From Planctomycetota bacterium (GTDB lineage: Bacteria > Planctomycetota > UBA1135 > UBA2386): DNA of 64,000 nucleotides. The stretch covers positions 5,312,001-5,376,000 of the forward strand of contig JBKAGP010000001.1 in assembly GCA_046290465.1 (NCBI GenBank). Direction: 5' to 3'. The notes below the pieces were generated by a model. It was given only the letters and a program-made list of their open reading frames with translations. It was not told the origin of the DNA and searched no databases. The position numbers and the translations under genes are program-made. The first letter of the stretch is position 1. Every line of letters begins with the position of its first letter. Shown here piece after piece: positions 19,434-29,355 of this stretch.

Positions 19434-21010
19434 TCGACCAGCCCGTCGCGCACCCGGGCGCCGATGCGACGCGCGTTGGCCATGATGGTCAGCGTCAGGT
19501 TCTTGGAGGGCAGGCTCGGAAACGTCGCCGCGTCGGCGACGAACACCGGACCTTCGCCGCCGAGGCGGCCGTCGGCGTCGGTCTCGAACGGGCCCGGCGA
19601 GCTGCCGCGCATCGGCAGGCAGCCGGCGTAGTGGAAGCTGTTGCCAGCATCCGGGTACTTGCACAGCGACGGCCAGCCGAAGAAGCCGGCGCGCCGGAAC
19701 GCGCGGATCATCCGGCGCTCGAGGCGACCGAGCTGGCGGCCGCGGTAGACCAGACGGGTGCGGCCGTCGTCGAGCAGGCGCACGTGGTTCTCCGGACGCG
19801 CGTGGTCGGGGTAGAACAGCTGCACGACGCTCATCGCCGGCAGCAGATGCTTGAGCATCCGGATGTTGTCGCGCGCCGACAGCGGCAGGTCGAACAGCAG
19901 GTCGTTCCACAGCGTGGCGCTGACGCCGTAGAACGACGCGAAGATCGGCACCGGCTCCAGTTCGTCGCGGCAGACCACGGTCAGCTGCAGCGGCAGCGAC
20001 TCGCGCTCGAGGCCTCTGCCGATCAGGCGCAGGGTGACGAACGGAACGTACGAGATCGGGTTGTCGAGCAGCGGCAGGCGGGTCTCGCCGTCGCCGCGTG
20101 AACGCAGCACGATGCGCGCGGTGTTGAGCGCGCCGGCGGCCAGCACCAGGCGGCGGGCCCGCACGATCTGCACTTCGCCGGTCGCGACGTCGCGCGCGAA
20201 CACGCGCACGCCGTGCTCGTCGGTCTCGAAGCGCTCGACCAGCCGCCCGGTGCGGTGCTCGACGCGACCTTCGCGGACCAGTTCGGCGAGCGTGAACGCG
20301 GGGTTGTAGATCGACGGGATGTGCCCCTGGAAGAACTCGAGTCCCTGGTAGTCGTACGCCGGCCGGCCGCGATGGGCGCAGCTCAGCACCGCCATGCGCG
20401 GCGCGCCGATGTGGATGCCGTGGCGGTGGAAGTGCGCGCGGTGCCGGTCGTAGCGCCGGGCCAGCAGCTGGCCGAGTCGGTTCATCCGGTGCACCGGCTG
20501 GCAGTCGCGGGAGCTGCCGACGAACGGCGCCAGGTCGTCGTCGGTGCCGGTGATGCCGATGTGGCTGGTCAACGCGTCGTAGTGCACGGCGAGGTCGCCG
20601 GCGTCGATCGGGAAGTCGCGCAGCTCGTCGTCGGTGAAGCGATACGCGCCCGCCCCCCAGGCGTTGGCCAGGCCGCCGGTCGCGAAGCTCATCATCGGAT
20701 CGAAGCCGTCGACGTCGACGTTGCCGAGTTCGCGCCAGCGCTCGGTGACGTAGCGCATGCGCGGCCCCTTGAGCTTGGGGCTCAGGTAGTTGCGGTGCAC
20801 GTTGTGCAGGCTCTCGAAGCGTTCGCCGATCAGCGGTGCGAACAGGTCCTCGCCCGACTGCTTGAGGTCGTACTGGTTGCGCTGCAGTTCGCCGCCCTTC
20901 TGTGGTGGCGGCGTGCCGACGTCGAGCACGCAGACGCGCGCCCCGGCGAGCGACTCCGCCGCGAACACGCCGGCCGGGCCGGCGCCGACGACCACCGCGT
21001 CAAACGACAT
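19430..21010 (-). CDS. GMC-family FAD-dependent oxidoreductase
   Basis: VVVGAGPAG, GGLANAWGAG, VLAAGALNT, HYAG and VADAATFPSLPSKNLTLTIMANA. Confidence 0.9.
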   Translation of the reverse strand: MSFDAVVVGAGPAGVFAAESLAGARVCVLDVGTPPPQKGGELQRNQYDLKQSGEDLFAPLIGERFESLHNVHRNYLSPKLKGPRMRYVTERWRELGNVDVDGFDPMMSFATGGLANAWGAGAYRFTDDELRDFPIDAGDLAVHYDALTSHIGITGTDDDLAPFVGSSRDCQPVHRMNRLGQLLARRYDRHRAHFHRHGIHIGAPRMAVLSCAHRGRPAYDYQGLEFFQGHIPSIYNPAFTLAELVREGRVEHRTGRLVERFETDEHGVRVFARDVATGEVQIVRARRLVLAAGALNTARIVLRSRGDGETRLPLLDNPISYVPFVTLRLIGRGLERESLPLQLTVVCRDELEPVPIFASFYGVSATLWNDLLFDLPLSARDNIRMLKHLLPAMSVVQLFYPDHARPENHVRLLDDGRTRLVYRGRQLGRLERRMIRAFRRAGFFGWPSLCKYPDAGNSFHYAGCLPMRGSSPGPFETDADGRLGGEGPVFVADAATFPSLPSKNLTLTIMANARRIGARVRDGLVE

Positions 21011-21425
21011 GGTGCCGGCGGGCCTGGAAGCGACCCTTGAGGAGCTTGAACGCCGATCGGAACGGGGACCAGACCAGCACCGGCAGGCTGCTCCAGAACG
21101 AGCCTTCGTGGCGCACGAAGTGGCGGTAGTAGCGAGCCTCGATCTCGGCCAGGTAGAGCAGCGTGCGCAGCTTCTGCGTCAGTGGATTGGCGGGGTTCCG
21201 TCGACGCGCGTAGAACTCGATGGCTTCGGCGTCGAGCCGTCGCGCGACGATCCGTTCGACGTCGACGCCGCTGCGCAGTTCGAGGTGTTGGTGCGCCGCG
21301 ACGTAGCGGTCGGCGAGACGCTGCTCGATCGGCCCGCCGAACAGGTTGACGTGCAGCCAGTCCGCCTCGGCACGGAGGGATTCGGCGTCCGTGGGGTCAG
21401 CTGCAGCGCGTGGCGAATCGTTCAT
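21000..21425 (-). CDS. Hypothetical protein, first gene of the GMC module
   Basis: Coding-like composition; overlaps the GMC start by 11 nt. Confidence 0.65.
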   Translation of the reverse strand: MNDSPRAAADPTDAESLRAEADWLHVNLFGGPIEQRLADRYVAAHQHLELRSGVDVERIVARRLDAEAIEFYARRRNPANPLTQKLRTLLYLAEIEARYYRHFVRHEGSFWSSLPVLVWSPFRSAFKLLKGRFQARRHHVV

Positions 21426-21507
21426 CCGTAACCGCCCGCATGCTCCAGCATCGTGCGGCGGGAATCACGTTTCTTCCGTTCGGGGGCTCTGCTACCGTGC
21501 CGAACGC

Positions 21508-22599
21508 ATGCAGGACGGACCGGCCAGTGTGACGCAGGATGCCGGCGAAGCGACGGTCGCGCACATCGCGGTGGTCATTCCGATGTATCGCGCCGAGGCG
21601 CACATCGCCGACGTGATCCGCACGATCCCGACGTGGGTGCGCACGATCGTCGTCGTCGACGACTGCAGCCCCGACGACAGCTCGCGCGTCGTCGAAGAGC
21701 TCGCCGACCCGCGCGTCGCGCTGCTGCGGCACGAGCACAACCAGGGGGTCGGCGGCGCGACCCTGACGGGCTACCGCGAGGCCGCGCGACGGGGCGCCAC
21801 CGTGCTGGTCAAGATGGACGCCGACGGCCAGATGGATCCGGCCGGGCTGCCGGCGCTGACCGCGCCGATCCTGCGCGGCGTCGCGGACTACACCAAGGGC
21901 AACCGGTTCCTGCACGTTCGCGAGCTGCGCAGCATGCCGCTGCTGCGCCGCGTCGGGAACCTGGGGCTGTCGTTCATGACCAAGCTCGCGTCGGGCTACT
22001 GGCGCTGCTTCGACCCGACCAACGGCTACACCGCGATCCACGCCCGGGTCGTGTCGCTGCTCGACGAACGGCGGCTCGGCCGCCGCTACTTCTTCGAGAC
22101 CAGCATGCTGTTCGAGCTGGGCCTGCAGCGCGCGGTGGTCCGCGACGTGTTCCTGCCGGCACGCTACGGCGACGAGACCAGCAATCTGTCGGAGTGGAAG
22201 TCGCTGCTCGCGTTCCCGCCGCGACAGCTGCGCGGCTTCGTGCGACGGATCTGGACGCAGTACTTCATGCGCGACTTCGGCCTGATGCCGGTGTTCCTGG
22301 TCAGCGGGGTGCTGGCGACGTTGTTCGGGGTCGTGTTCGGCGCGTGGAACTGGTGGATCAGCTACACGACGGGAGAGCTCGCGACGACCGGCACGGTGAT
22401 GCTGTCGCTGCTGCCGATCATCGTCGGCGTGCAGCTGCTGCTGCAGGCGATCCTGCTCGACGTGCAGAGCGAGCCGCAGGCGCCCCTGCACGTCGACATG
22501 CAGGAGGACTCGCGCGCGTTCGCCAACTTCCTCGCCGACGTCGAGGACGCCCCGGTCCTCGACAAGCACAAGCCAGGCTCCCAGACCCAAGCCGGCTGA
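21508..22599 (+). CDS. GT2 glycosyltransferase, polyprenol-phosphate sugar synthase (DPM1/ArnC-like)
   Basis: IAVVIPMY...VVDDCSPD...NQGVGGA...KMDADGQMDP...KGNRF...DPTNGY, plus two C-terminal TMs. Confidence 0.9.
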   Translation: MQDGPASVTQDAGEATVAHIAVVIPMYRAEAHIADVIRTIPTWVRTIVVVDDCSPDDSSRVVEELADPRVALLRHEHNQGVGGATLTGYREAARRGATVLVKMDADGQMDPAGLPALTAPILRGVADYTKGNRFLHVRELRSMPLLRRVGNLGLSFMTKLASGYWRCFDPTNGYTAIHARVVSLLDERRLGRRYFFETSMLFELGLQRAVVRDVFLPARYGDETSNLSEWKSLLAFPPRQLRGFVRRIWTQYFMRDFGLMPVFLVSGVLATLFGVVFGAWNWWISYTTGELATTGTVMLSLLPIIVGVQLLLQAILLDVQSEPQAPLHVDMQEDSRAFANFLADVEDAPVLDKHKPGSQTQAG

Positions 22600-22611
22600 G
22601 TAGCGGTACCG

Positions 22612-23976
22612 CTACTCTCGCACGAACGTGTGGGGGCCGGTCTGGCGCAGCGTCAGCGCGGCGCTGGCGCCGTCCTGCTGGTCCTGGCCGAAGCCGGCGA
22701 ACGTCACGCTCACGCCCGGATGGCAGACCGGCACCTGCGCCCCCTTGCCGGTAGCCCACCAGGTGGCCTCGGTCGCATCGAGCACGAGCACGTGTCGGGC
22801 CCGATCGCTGGCCAACCCTTCGGCGAGCGCCTGGCCGAACGCGGCGCTGATGCGCGCGGAGCGCAGCGAGGGGGTGTCGGCGTCGGCCACGTCGGCGGTG
22901 CGCGCCAGCAGCGCGTGCAGCGCATGGGCGGCGACCAGCAGCGCGACGCACCGGTCGGTCCAGGCGCTGCGCCAGCGCCGCTGCACGGCGGCGACCAGGC
23001 TCGCGGCGAGCAGCGCGAGGCCCAGCACGGAGAAGTGCGCGTAGTAATCCTCGAGGAACGCCGGCCGCCTGGTGAACGCGAACAGGGCCGCCGCGGCGAT
23101 CCACAGCAGCATCGCGAAGCTGACCGCACGCAGCGCCGGGCGGCCGCCGAGCCACAGCGTGCCGGCCGCGAGCACGGGCGGCCCAAGCACCCACAGGTTG
23201 GAGATCGCATCGCCGTGGTCGATCGTCGGGTGCACGACCAGCACACTGTGCCGCAGCACCAGGCCCATGCGCAGCGGGTCCAGACCGAGCGTGGCGCCCG
23301 TCTCGCTGCCCTGCACGGTCGCGAGCCAGTAGACGGCATGCACGGTCCCGGTGGCGGCGAACGCCAGCAGGCGCCGCCGGTCCGCGCGTTCGATGGCATC
23401 GCCGGCGACGCGCTGCACGAGCAGCGTGCCGACGAACGCGGCTGCGAACACCACCGCGTGCTCCTTGCATAGCAGCGCGAAGCCGAAGCCGACCACCAGT
23501 GGCCAGATCCGTTCGCGGCGATCGGCGAGCGCGACCATCACGGCGCCGGTGCCGAGCGCGCACAGCGGATCGCCGACGCCGGCGATCCAGCCGAGCGGCA
23601 CCAGGTGCACCTCGCAGAGCCCGTAGACGGCGACGCCGAGGCTCGCTCCGAGCAGCGATCGGGTCCATCGGCAGAGCGCGACGAACCAGGTCGCGGTCGC
23701 CGCCGCGTGCAGCACCAGCATCGACAGGTGATGGCCGCGCGCGTCGAGGCCGAACAGCTGCACGTTCGTCCACGGAAACCACCAGGTCGGCAGCGGCCGC
23801 ACGTAGTCGGGCAACGAGCCGGCGAACATCGCGCGGTTCGGGAGCGGCTGCTCCAGCGCCTGCAGCAGCCAGAAGTCGTCCTGCGTGAACGCCGCGTCGC
23901 AGGTGCCGGAGAACGCGAGCGCCGCGACCGCGCCCCACAGGAGCGCGCCGATCCAGACGCTACGGCTGGCTGCCAT
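22612..23976 (-). CDS. Polytopic membrane protein, GT-C-like candidate
   Basis: QDDFWLL after TM1, YVRPL, LCKEH and multiple TMs. Confidence 0.65.
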   Translation of the reverse strand: MAASRSVWIGALLWGAVAALAFSGTCDAAFTQDDFWLLQALEQPLPNRAMFAGSLPDYVRPLPTWWFPWTNVQLFGLDARGHHLSMLVLHAAATATWFVALCRWTRSLLGASLGVAVYGLCEVHLVPLGWIAGVGDPLCALGTGAVMVALADRRERIWPLVVGFGFALLCKEHAVVFAAAFVGTLLVQRVAGDAIERADRRRLLAFAATGTVHAVYWLATVQGSETGATLGLDPLRMGLVLRHSVLVVHPTIDHGDAISNLWVLGPPVLAAGTLWLGGRPALRAVSFAMLLWIAAAALFAFTRRPAFLEDYYAHFSVLGLALLAASLVAAVQRRWRSAWTDRCVALLVAAHALHALLARTADVADADTPSLRSARISAAFGQALAEGLASDRARHVLVLDATEATWWATGKGAQVPVCHPGVSVTFAGFGQDQQDGASAALTLRQTGPHTFVRE

Positions 23977-25249
23977 CGGCCTGCCGCGCGACCGGCTCGA
24001 CCTCGATCTCGACCGGCAGGCCGAGCAGGCCGAAGACCTGGCGGTGCGACGACGCGTTGAACGTCAACGTGTTCTGCAGCAGGTGCAGCAACCGCGTCTC
24101 GCCGAACGGGTCGAGCGTGACCGCCGTGATCGTGATCGCGTAGCTGCCGGGGACCAGCAGCGGCATCGCGAACCGGTAGCGGATGTCGACCGCCTCGCCC
24201 TTCGCCGGCAGCGGGATCTGCACGTCGTCCGGCAGGTTGTTGGCGCCGGTGATCGCGATGCCGTGCACGTCGTCGAAGTGGAAGCCGACGATGATGCGGT
24301 CGGCGTCCTCCGCAAGCGTGTTGTTCTGCAGGCGCAGGTCGATCGTGCAGACGTCGCCGCCGGTGACGTGGTCGGTCGGGTCGCCGTCGGCGTCGAGCAG
24401 GCGGCAGCGCACGATCGTCGCCGCGCGCGAGCCCTGGTCGTCATCGGCCGCGATCGGCGCTTCCGAAGCAGCGGCCGTCGCCTTCGGCGTGACGTCGTAG
24501 AACAGGTGGTTGAGGTAGGCGTCCACGACCGGGCTCGGCTCGCCGACCTGCTCCAGCTTGCCGTCGTGGATCCACGCGACGCGGTTGCACAGGTGCTTGA
24601 GCGACATCGCATCGTGCGACACGTACAGCACCGCCACGCCCTGCTCCTGCATCTGGTGGAACCGATACATGCACTTGTGCCGGAACCGCGCGTCGCCGAC
24701 CGCGAGCGCCTCGTCGACGATGAACACCTCGGGGTCGAGGTTGGCGTAGACCGAAAACGACAGCCGCGCGAACATGCCCTGGCTGTAGGTCTTGACCGGG
24801 CGATCGATGAAGTCCCCGATGTCGGCGAACGACTCGATGCGCTCCATGCGCTCCTCCATCTGCTCGCGCGCGAGGCCGAGCATGGCGCCCGCGACGAAGA
24901 TGTTCTCGCGGCCGGTGAAGTCCATGTGGAAGCCGCTGCCGAGTTCGAGCAGCGCCGTGATCCGGCCGCGGCGCACGATCTCGCCGCGCGTCGGCTTGAG
25001 CGTGCCGGCGATCAGCTGCAGCAGGGTCGACTTGCCGGCGCCGTTGCGCCCGATGATGCCGAGGGTCTCGCCGCGTCGCACCTGCAGGTCGAGGTCCTGC
25101 AGCGCCCAGAACTCCGTGTAGTAGCGCTTGTCGCCGCGCGCGAAGAACTGACGCAGGCGGTCGATCGGCTTGCCGAACACCTGGTAGCACTTGCTCAGGC
25201 CCCGGGCCTCGAGCACGTAGTCCGATTCGCTCGCTGGTTCAGAGGACAT
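23960..25249 (-). CDS. wzt: Polysaccharide ABC exporter ATPase with C-terminal Wzt_C-like domain
   Basis: Walker A GRNGAGKST, PVKTYSQGM, Walker B IVDEALAVGD, VSHD and a ~170-aa beta C-terminal domain. Confidence 0.93.
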   Translation of the reverse strand: MSSEPASESDYVLEARGLSKCYQVFGKPIDRLRQFFARGDKRYYTEFWALQDLDLQVRRGETLGIIGRNGAGKSTLLQLIAGTLKPTRGEIVRRGRITALLELGSGFHMDFTGRENIFVAGAMLGLAREQMEERMERIESFADIGDFIDRPVKTYSQGMFARLSFSVYANLDPEVFIVDEALAVGDARFRHKCMYRFHQMQEQGVAVLYVSHDAMSLKHLCNRVAWIHDGKLEQVGEPSPVVDAYLNHLFYDVTPKATAAASEAPIAADDDQGSRAATIVRCRLLDADGDPTDHVTGGDVCTIDLRLQNNTLAEDADRIIVGFHFDDVHGIAITGANNLPDDVQIPLPAKGEAVDIRYRFAMPLLVPGSYAITITAVTLDPFGETRLLHLLQNTLTFNASSHRQVFGLLGLPVEIEVEPVARQADGSQP

Positions 25250-26075
25250 CGGCGAAGCCGTCCTCCACGCGGCGGAAGAACGCGTGCCCGAGCGACGTCG
25301 CGAGCACGGTCAGCACGACCAGCCCGCCGACCCAGATCGCGCCCGGCCCGGCACTGCCAGCGATCAGCGCGCGGCTGCTTTCCATGGCGACCGCCAGTGG
25401 GTTCAGCAGCACGAGCGTGCGCATCGACTCGTTCTGGATCTTGTCGACGCTCCAGACGATCGGGCTGAGGAAGAACATCAGCTGCAGCACGACGCGCGTC
25501 ACGTCCTGCACGTCGCGCACGTAGACGGCCAGCGACGCCAGCACCCAGCTGACGCCGAGACCGAGCAGCAGCACCGGCAGCAGCGCGACCGGAACCAGCA
25601 CGACGGTCCAGGCCGGCACGCCGACGAACAGCAGGTGCAGCAGCGCCAGCAGTGCGGTCGAGATCGCTGCGTTCAGTGCGGTCTGCAGCATCACCGGCCA
25701 CGGCAGCAGGTGCAGCGGGAACGCGACCTTGGTGACGTAGTTGGGTCGCGCGAGCACCAGCTGGGAGGCGCGGCCGACCGAGTCGGCGAACGCCTGGTAG
25801 ACGATCATCCCCGTGAACAGCTGGCTGACGAACGCCATGTCGGCGGTGCCGCCGGCGATGTTCAGGATGCCGCCGAACACGGCCGCGTAGACGGCGAGGC
25901 TCAGCAGCGGCTGCAGCACCAGCCACGCGACGCCGAGCATCGAGCCGTTGAACGCGGTGTGGATCTCTCGGCGCGACAGCTCTCGCAGCAGCTGGCGATG
26001 CCGCCAGGCGGAGGTGTAGGGGCGGAGGAAGAAGGACCGGATTGCGCGCACGCCGCCGCGAATCCTAGCCCGCAT
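25239..26075 (-). CDS. wzm: Polysaccharide ABC exporter permease
   Basis: GSMLGVAWLVLQPL, NYVTKVAFP, RDVQD, FFLSPIVW, NPL and FADVL; adjacent to wzt. The start may be GTG 26051. Confidence 0.93.
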   Translation of the reverse strand: MRARIRGGVRAIRSFFLRPYTSAWRHRQLLRELSRREIHTAFNGSMLGVAWLVLQPLLSLAVYAAVFGGILNIAGGTADMAFVSQLFTGMIVYQAFADSVGRASQLVLARPNYVTKVAFPLHLLPWPVMLQTALNAAISTALLALLHLLFVGVPAWTVVLVPVALLPVLLLGLGVSWVLASLAVYVRDVQDVTRVVLQLMFFLSPIVWSVDKIQNESMRTLVLLNPLAVAMESSRALIAGSAGPGAIWVGGLVVLTVLATSLGHAFFRRVEDGFADVL

Positions 26076-26109
26076 CCCGCCGCAGCACCACGCTGCGAAC
26101 GACCACCGC

Positions 26110-29100
26110 TCAGCCCGAGTTGCGCGAGCGGTACTCGTGCCGCTGCCACGGGCCCCACTTGGACTCGTAGTAGGCCTTGTTGCGCTCGAACAGGCGCCGG
26201 CGGGCCTCCTGGTCGATCTTGTCGAACGACGCCGACAGCTCGTGGTGGATGAACACGTCCTCGGCGCAGACGATCCGGCGGCCGATGCCGCGGACGCGCT
26301 GGCAGTAGTCGTCGTCCTCGAAGAAGCCCTGGCCGAAGTTCTCGTCGAGGCCGCCGACCTGGCGATAGACGTCGAACGGCATCGCTACGCAGAAGAAGGC
26401 CAGCACCGGGATGTCGAAGGTCTGGCCCGCGACCCTGCCGGTCAGCGCCCGCTGCTCGCCGAGCATCTCGTCGACCGACGTGTAGCTGGTCGCGATCTTG
26501 GCCTCGTTGCCGATGTTGTTGGTCACCGGGCCGATCAGGCCGACGTCGGGGTGGTCCTGCAGGTGGTGGTGCAGCGTCCAGGCCCAACCGGGCGTGACCA
26601 CCAGGTCGTTGTTGAGGATCACCAGCAGGTCGGGATCGTGGGTCGCGCCGGCCTCGAGGCCCTGGTTGCAGGCCGCGGCGAAGCCGAGGTTGTCGTCGTT
26701 GCGGATCACGCGCACCCGTGGGTGCTGCTCGATCTCGTCGAGCCAGGCGGGGGTGTCGTCCTGCGAGTCGTTGTCGACGACCACGACGTCGAGTTCGCAC
26801 GCCATCGGGTCGTCGAGCACCGAATGCACGCAGCGTCGCGTCAGCTCCAGACCGTTCCACGACACGACCACGACGCAGACCTTCGGGCGCGGGGCGGCCG
26901 CCACCGCCTCGAGCAGCGCCTCGGCGCGGTGCGCCCAGGTCTGGCGGCGCGCGAACGCCACGCGCTGGGCCATGGCGTCCGGATCGTGGGCGTCCGCCAG
27001 CGCGGCGCGCAGCGCCGTGGCGATGCCCTCGGCGTCTTCGCCGATGCGCACGAACGGCCGCACGTCGGTCTCGATCAGCTCCGGCATCGGCGTCGCCACC
27101 ACCGGCTTGCCGGCGGCGAGCGCCTCGTAGGCCTTGACCGGGTTGGTCGCCAGCGTCAGCTGGTTGATCACGAACGGGATCAGCAGCACGTCCATCAGCC
27201 GCAGGTGCTCGGGCAGCAGCGCGTAGGCCACCTCGCCGGTGAAGCGCACGTTGCGCACGTGCTGCAGGCGCTTCTGCACGCCGGCGGTGTCGTCGCCGAC
27301 CAGCAGGAAGTCGACCTCGGGCAGCGCCCTGGCGACGGCCTCGACCAGGTCGACGTCGAACCACGCCGCGATCGCGCCGAAGTAGCCGACGACCGGTCGC
27401 CGGCCGTCGGGCGGCGCCGCCGTCGCGGCCGCGAAGTCGTCCGGCGCGCAGGCGTTGCGCACCATGTGCACCGAGTCGTGCTGCGGCGCGATGTCGCGTT
27501 CGATGTGGTTGCTGGTGACGATCACCGCGTCGCTCTTGTGCAGCAGCCGCTGCTCGGCGCGCGGCAGGCCGGCTCCGGAGTCCTCGAAGCCGTGATGGTT
27601 GTCCATGCAGTCGTAGATGCGCAGGCACCGCGGCACCTGCTCGACCAGGTCGATCCAGCACGGGTGGTCGACCAGCGCGATGCAGGTCGAAAGCGACACG
27701 TCGCCGAGCAGCTTGCGCAGGCCGCCGATCAAGAACGCGCTGACGACCGGCGGCGGCACGTCCTCGTAGATCGAGGTCGGCCGGTTGGTGTGCAGGCGCA
27801 CCTGGTGGATGCGCGGCCGTTCGTGCACGACGTCGAGCTGGTAGCCGGGCTGGGTCGACGACTGGAAGGCCGGCGACAGGTAGAGCACGCGGTGGCCGCG
27901 CCGCGCCAGTTCGACGGCCAGGTGCTGCGGCCGCTGCGTGCGCAGGTGCCAGTCGATCACGCCGAACACGATCACGTCCGGCAGCGTCGCGTGCGGCGGC
28001 TCGACGTCGGCGACGTGCGGCGGCGCCGGGCGGTTGCGCCAGCGCTTCGCGGCGAGAAAGTCGGCGTATTCGCGCGAGTCCTTCAGGAGCGGCCGGAACA
28101 CCGCGAAGAACGCGACCTTCAGCGGCCAGCGCCAGCGGTCGGCGAGCTTGCTGCGCGCGCCGCGGTTGGCCAGCGCGATCAGCCCCTTGCGGACCACGCG
28201 GGCCGATGCGCCGGGCAGCCGCAGCGCCAGCCGCAGCGGGCCGGTCACGCGCCACGACAGGCTGTTCTGCATCGCCTCGAGGTCGTCGACGGCCTGCGAC
28301 GGTGCGGCGCGCAGCTGCGCGAGTTCGGCGTTGGCCTCGTCGAGCGCCGTGCGCGCCTCGTCGATCTCTTCGCGCCAGCAGGCGACCTGTTCGTTGGCCT
28401 GGTCGAGGCGTCGGCGCAACAGCGTCAACTGCTCGAGGGTGCCATCGCGCTGCGCGACCAGCTGGTCGGCGTAGCTCGACAGGCGCGCATCGGCCCAGGT
28501 CCGGAAGCGGTGCCAGGCCTCGCGCGCAGCCTCGCGCGTCGCGCGGTCGTCGGGGGCGTGCGGCGGCGCCGTCGGCGCATCGCGGCCCGCGATCACGACC
28601 TGGCGGTAGGTCGGCTCCAGGTGGTCGAAGCGCAGCAGCTGCTCGGCGAACCGGTCGCCCATCTCGCGCAGCAGCGGCGTGTGCTCGGCGCGGTCGAGCA
28701 GCACCACGTGCAGCGACAGCAGGTCCTGCAGCCACGGCGTGTGGCCGTTGCCGAAGCGCGCCACCTGCAGGCCGTCGCCGCGCAGCTGCTGCTCGACGTC
28801 ACCCAGCCGCGGCAGGCCGTAGAGTTCGTGTTCGTGCAGCCAGTCGTAGTCGCGGCCGTGCTTGGCGTGGTAGGCGAGGTGCACGATGTCGTCGGTGCGG
28901 CGGGCCTCGCCGACGTCGGCGAACGGCGCGGCGATGACGACGCCGAGCCGGCTCGCCCGGACCATCTGGGCGACGAACCGCTGGCGCGCCTCGGCCGGCA
29001 CGTGCTCGAGCACGTCGACGCAGACCACCACGTCGTAGCTGTCGTCGGGCACCGACGCGGCGTCGAGCGGCTTGCCGACGATGGTGCCGTTGCCGGTGTG

Positions 29101-29313
29101 CTCGCCGTCGCGCGCCTGCAGCAGCGGGTCGAGGTAGGACAGTTCGTGCTCGGGCAGGAACGAGCCCAGCAGCATCGACTCGCCGCAGCCGACGTCGAGC
29201 ACCGTGCCGCCGGCCGGCGCGAGCGCGCGTACGCCCTCGGCGGCTGCGGCATACCGGCTCCACTGGTCGAACAGGAAGCCTTGGGGAGGTGTGGGGCCGG
29301 GCTGGTCGGGCAT
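26110..29313 (-). CDS. Methyltransferase + coiled coil + GT4-like + GT2 multidomain glycan synthase
   Basis: N-terminal VLDVGCG...DVLEHVP; coiled coil ending SLSWRVTGPLR; QRPQHL...YDCMD...NPVKAYEALAAGKPVV; C-terminal VVDNDSQD...ILNND...FFEDDDY. Confidence 0.9.
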   Translation of the reverse strand: MPDQPGPTPPQGFLFDQWSRYAAAAEGVRALAPAGGTVLDVGCGESMLLGSFLPEHELSYLDPLLQARDGEHTGNGTIVGKPLDAASVPDDSYDVVVCVDVLEHVPAEARQRFVAQMVRASRLGVVIAAPFADVGEARRTDDIVHLAYHAKHGRDYDWLHEHELYGLPRLGDVEQQLRGDGLQVARFGNGHTPWLQDLLSLHVVLLDRAEHTPLLREMGDRFAEQLLRFDHLEPTYRQVVIAGRDAPTAPPHAPDDRATREAAREAWHRFRTWADARLSSYADQLVAQRDGTLEQLTLLRRRLDQANEQVACWREEIDEARTALDEANAELAQLRAAPSQAVDDLEAMQNSLSWRVTGPLRLALRLPGASARVVRKGLIALANRGARSKLADRWRWPLKVAFFAVFRPLLKDSREYADFLAAKRWRNRPAPPHVADVEPPHATLPDVIVFGVIDWHLRTQRPQHLAVELARRGHRVLYLSPAFQSSTQPGYQLDVVHERPRIHQVRLHTNRPTSIYEDVPPPVVSAFLIGGLRKLLGDVSLSTCIALVDHPCWIDLVEQVPRCLRIYDCMDNHHGFEDSGAGLPRAEQRLLHKSDAVIVTSNHIERDIAPQHDSVHMVRNACAPDDFAAATAAPPDGRRPVVGYFGAIAAWFDVDLVEAVARALPEVDFLLVGDDTAGVQKRLQHVRNVRFTGEVAYALLPEHLRLMDVLLIPFVINQLTLATNPVKAYEALAAGKPVVATPMPELIETDVRPFVRIGEDAEGIATALRAALADAHDPDAMAQRVAFARRQTWAHRAEALLEAVAAAPRPKVCVVVVSWNGLELTRRCVHSVLDDPMACELDVVVVDNDSQDDTPAWLDEIEQHPRVRVIRNDDNLGFAAACNQGLEAGATHDPDLLVILNNDLVVTPGWAWTLHHHLQDHPDVGLIGPVTNNIGNEAKIATSYTSVDEMLGEQRALTGRVAGQTFDIPVLAFFCVAMPFDVYRQVGGLDENFGQGFFEDDDYCQRVRGIGRRIVCAEDVFIHHELSASFDKIDQEARRRLFERNKAYYESKWGPWQRHEYRSRNSG

Positions 29314-29355
29314 CGGTGCGAGGGCGGCCCGGCGCAGCGCCGGGTGCCGCCTAGC

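Noticed and set aside
29328..29344. Hairpin cccggcgc-a-gcgccggg after the E1 alpha stop as a terminator
   Set aside because: There is no U-tract, and short GC hairpins arise by chance at this GC content.
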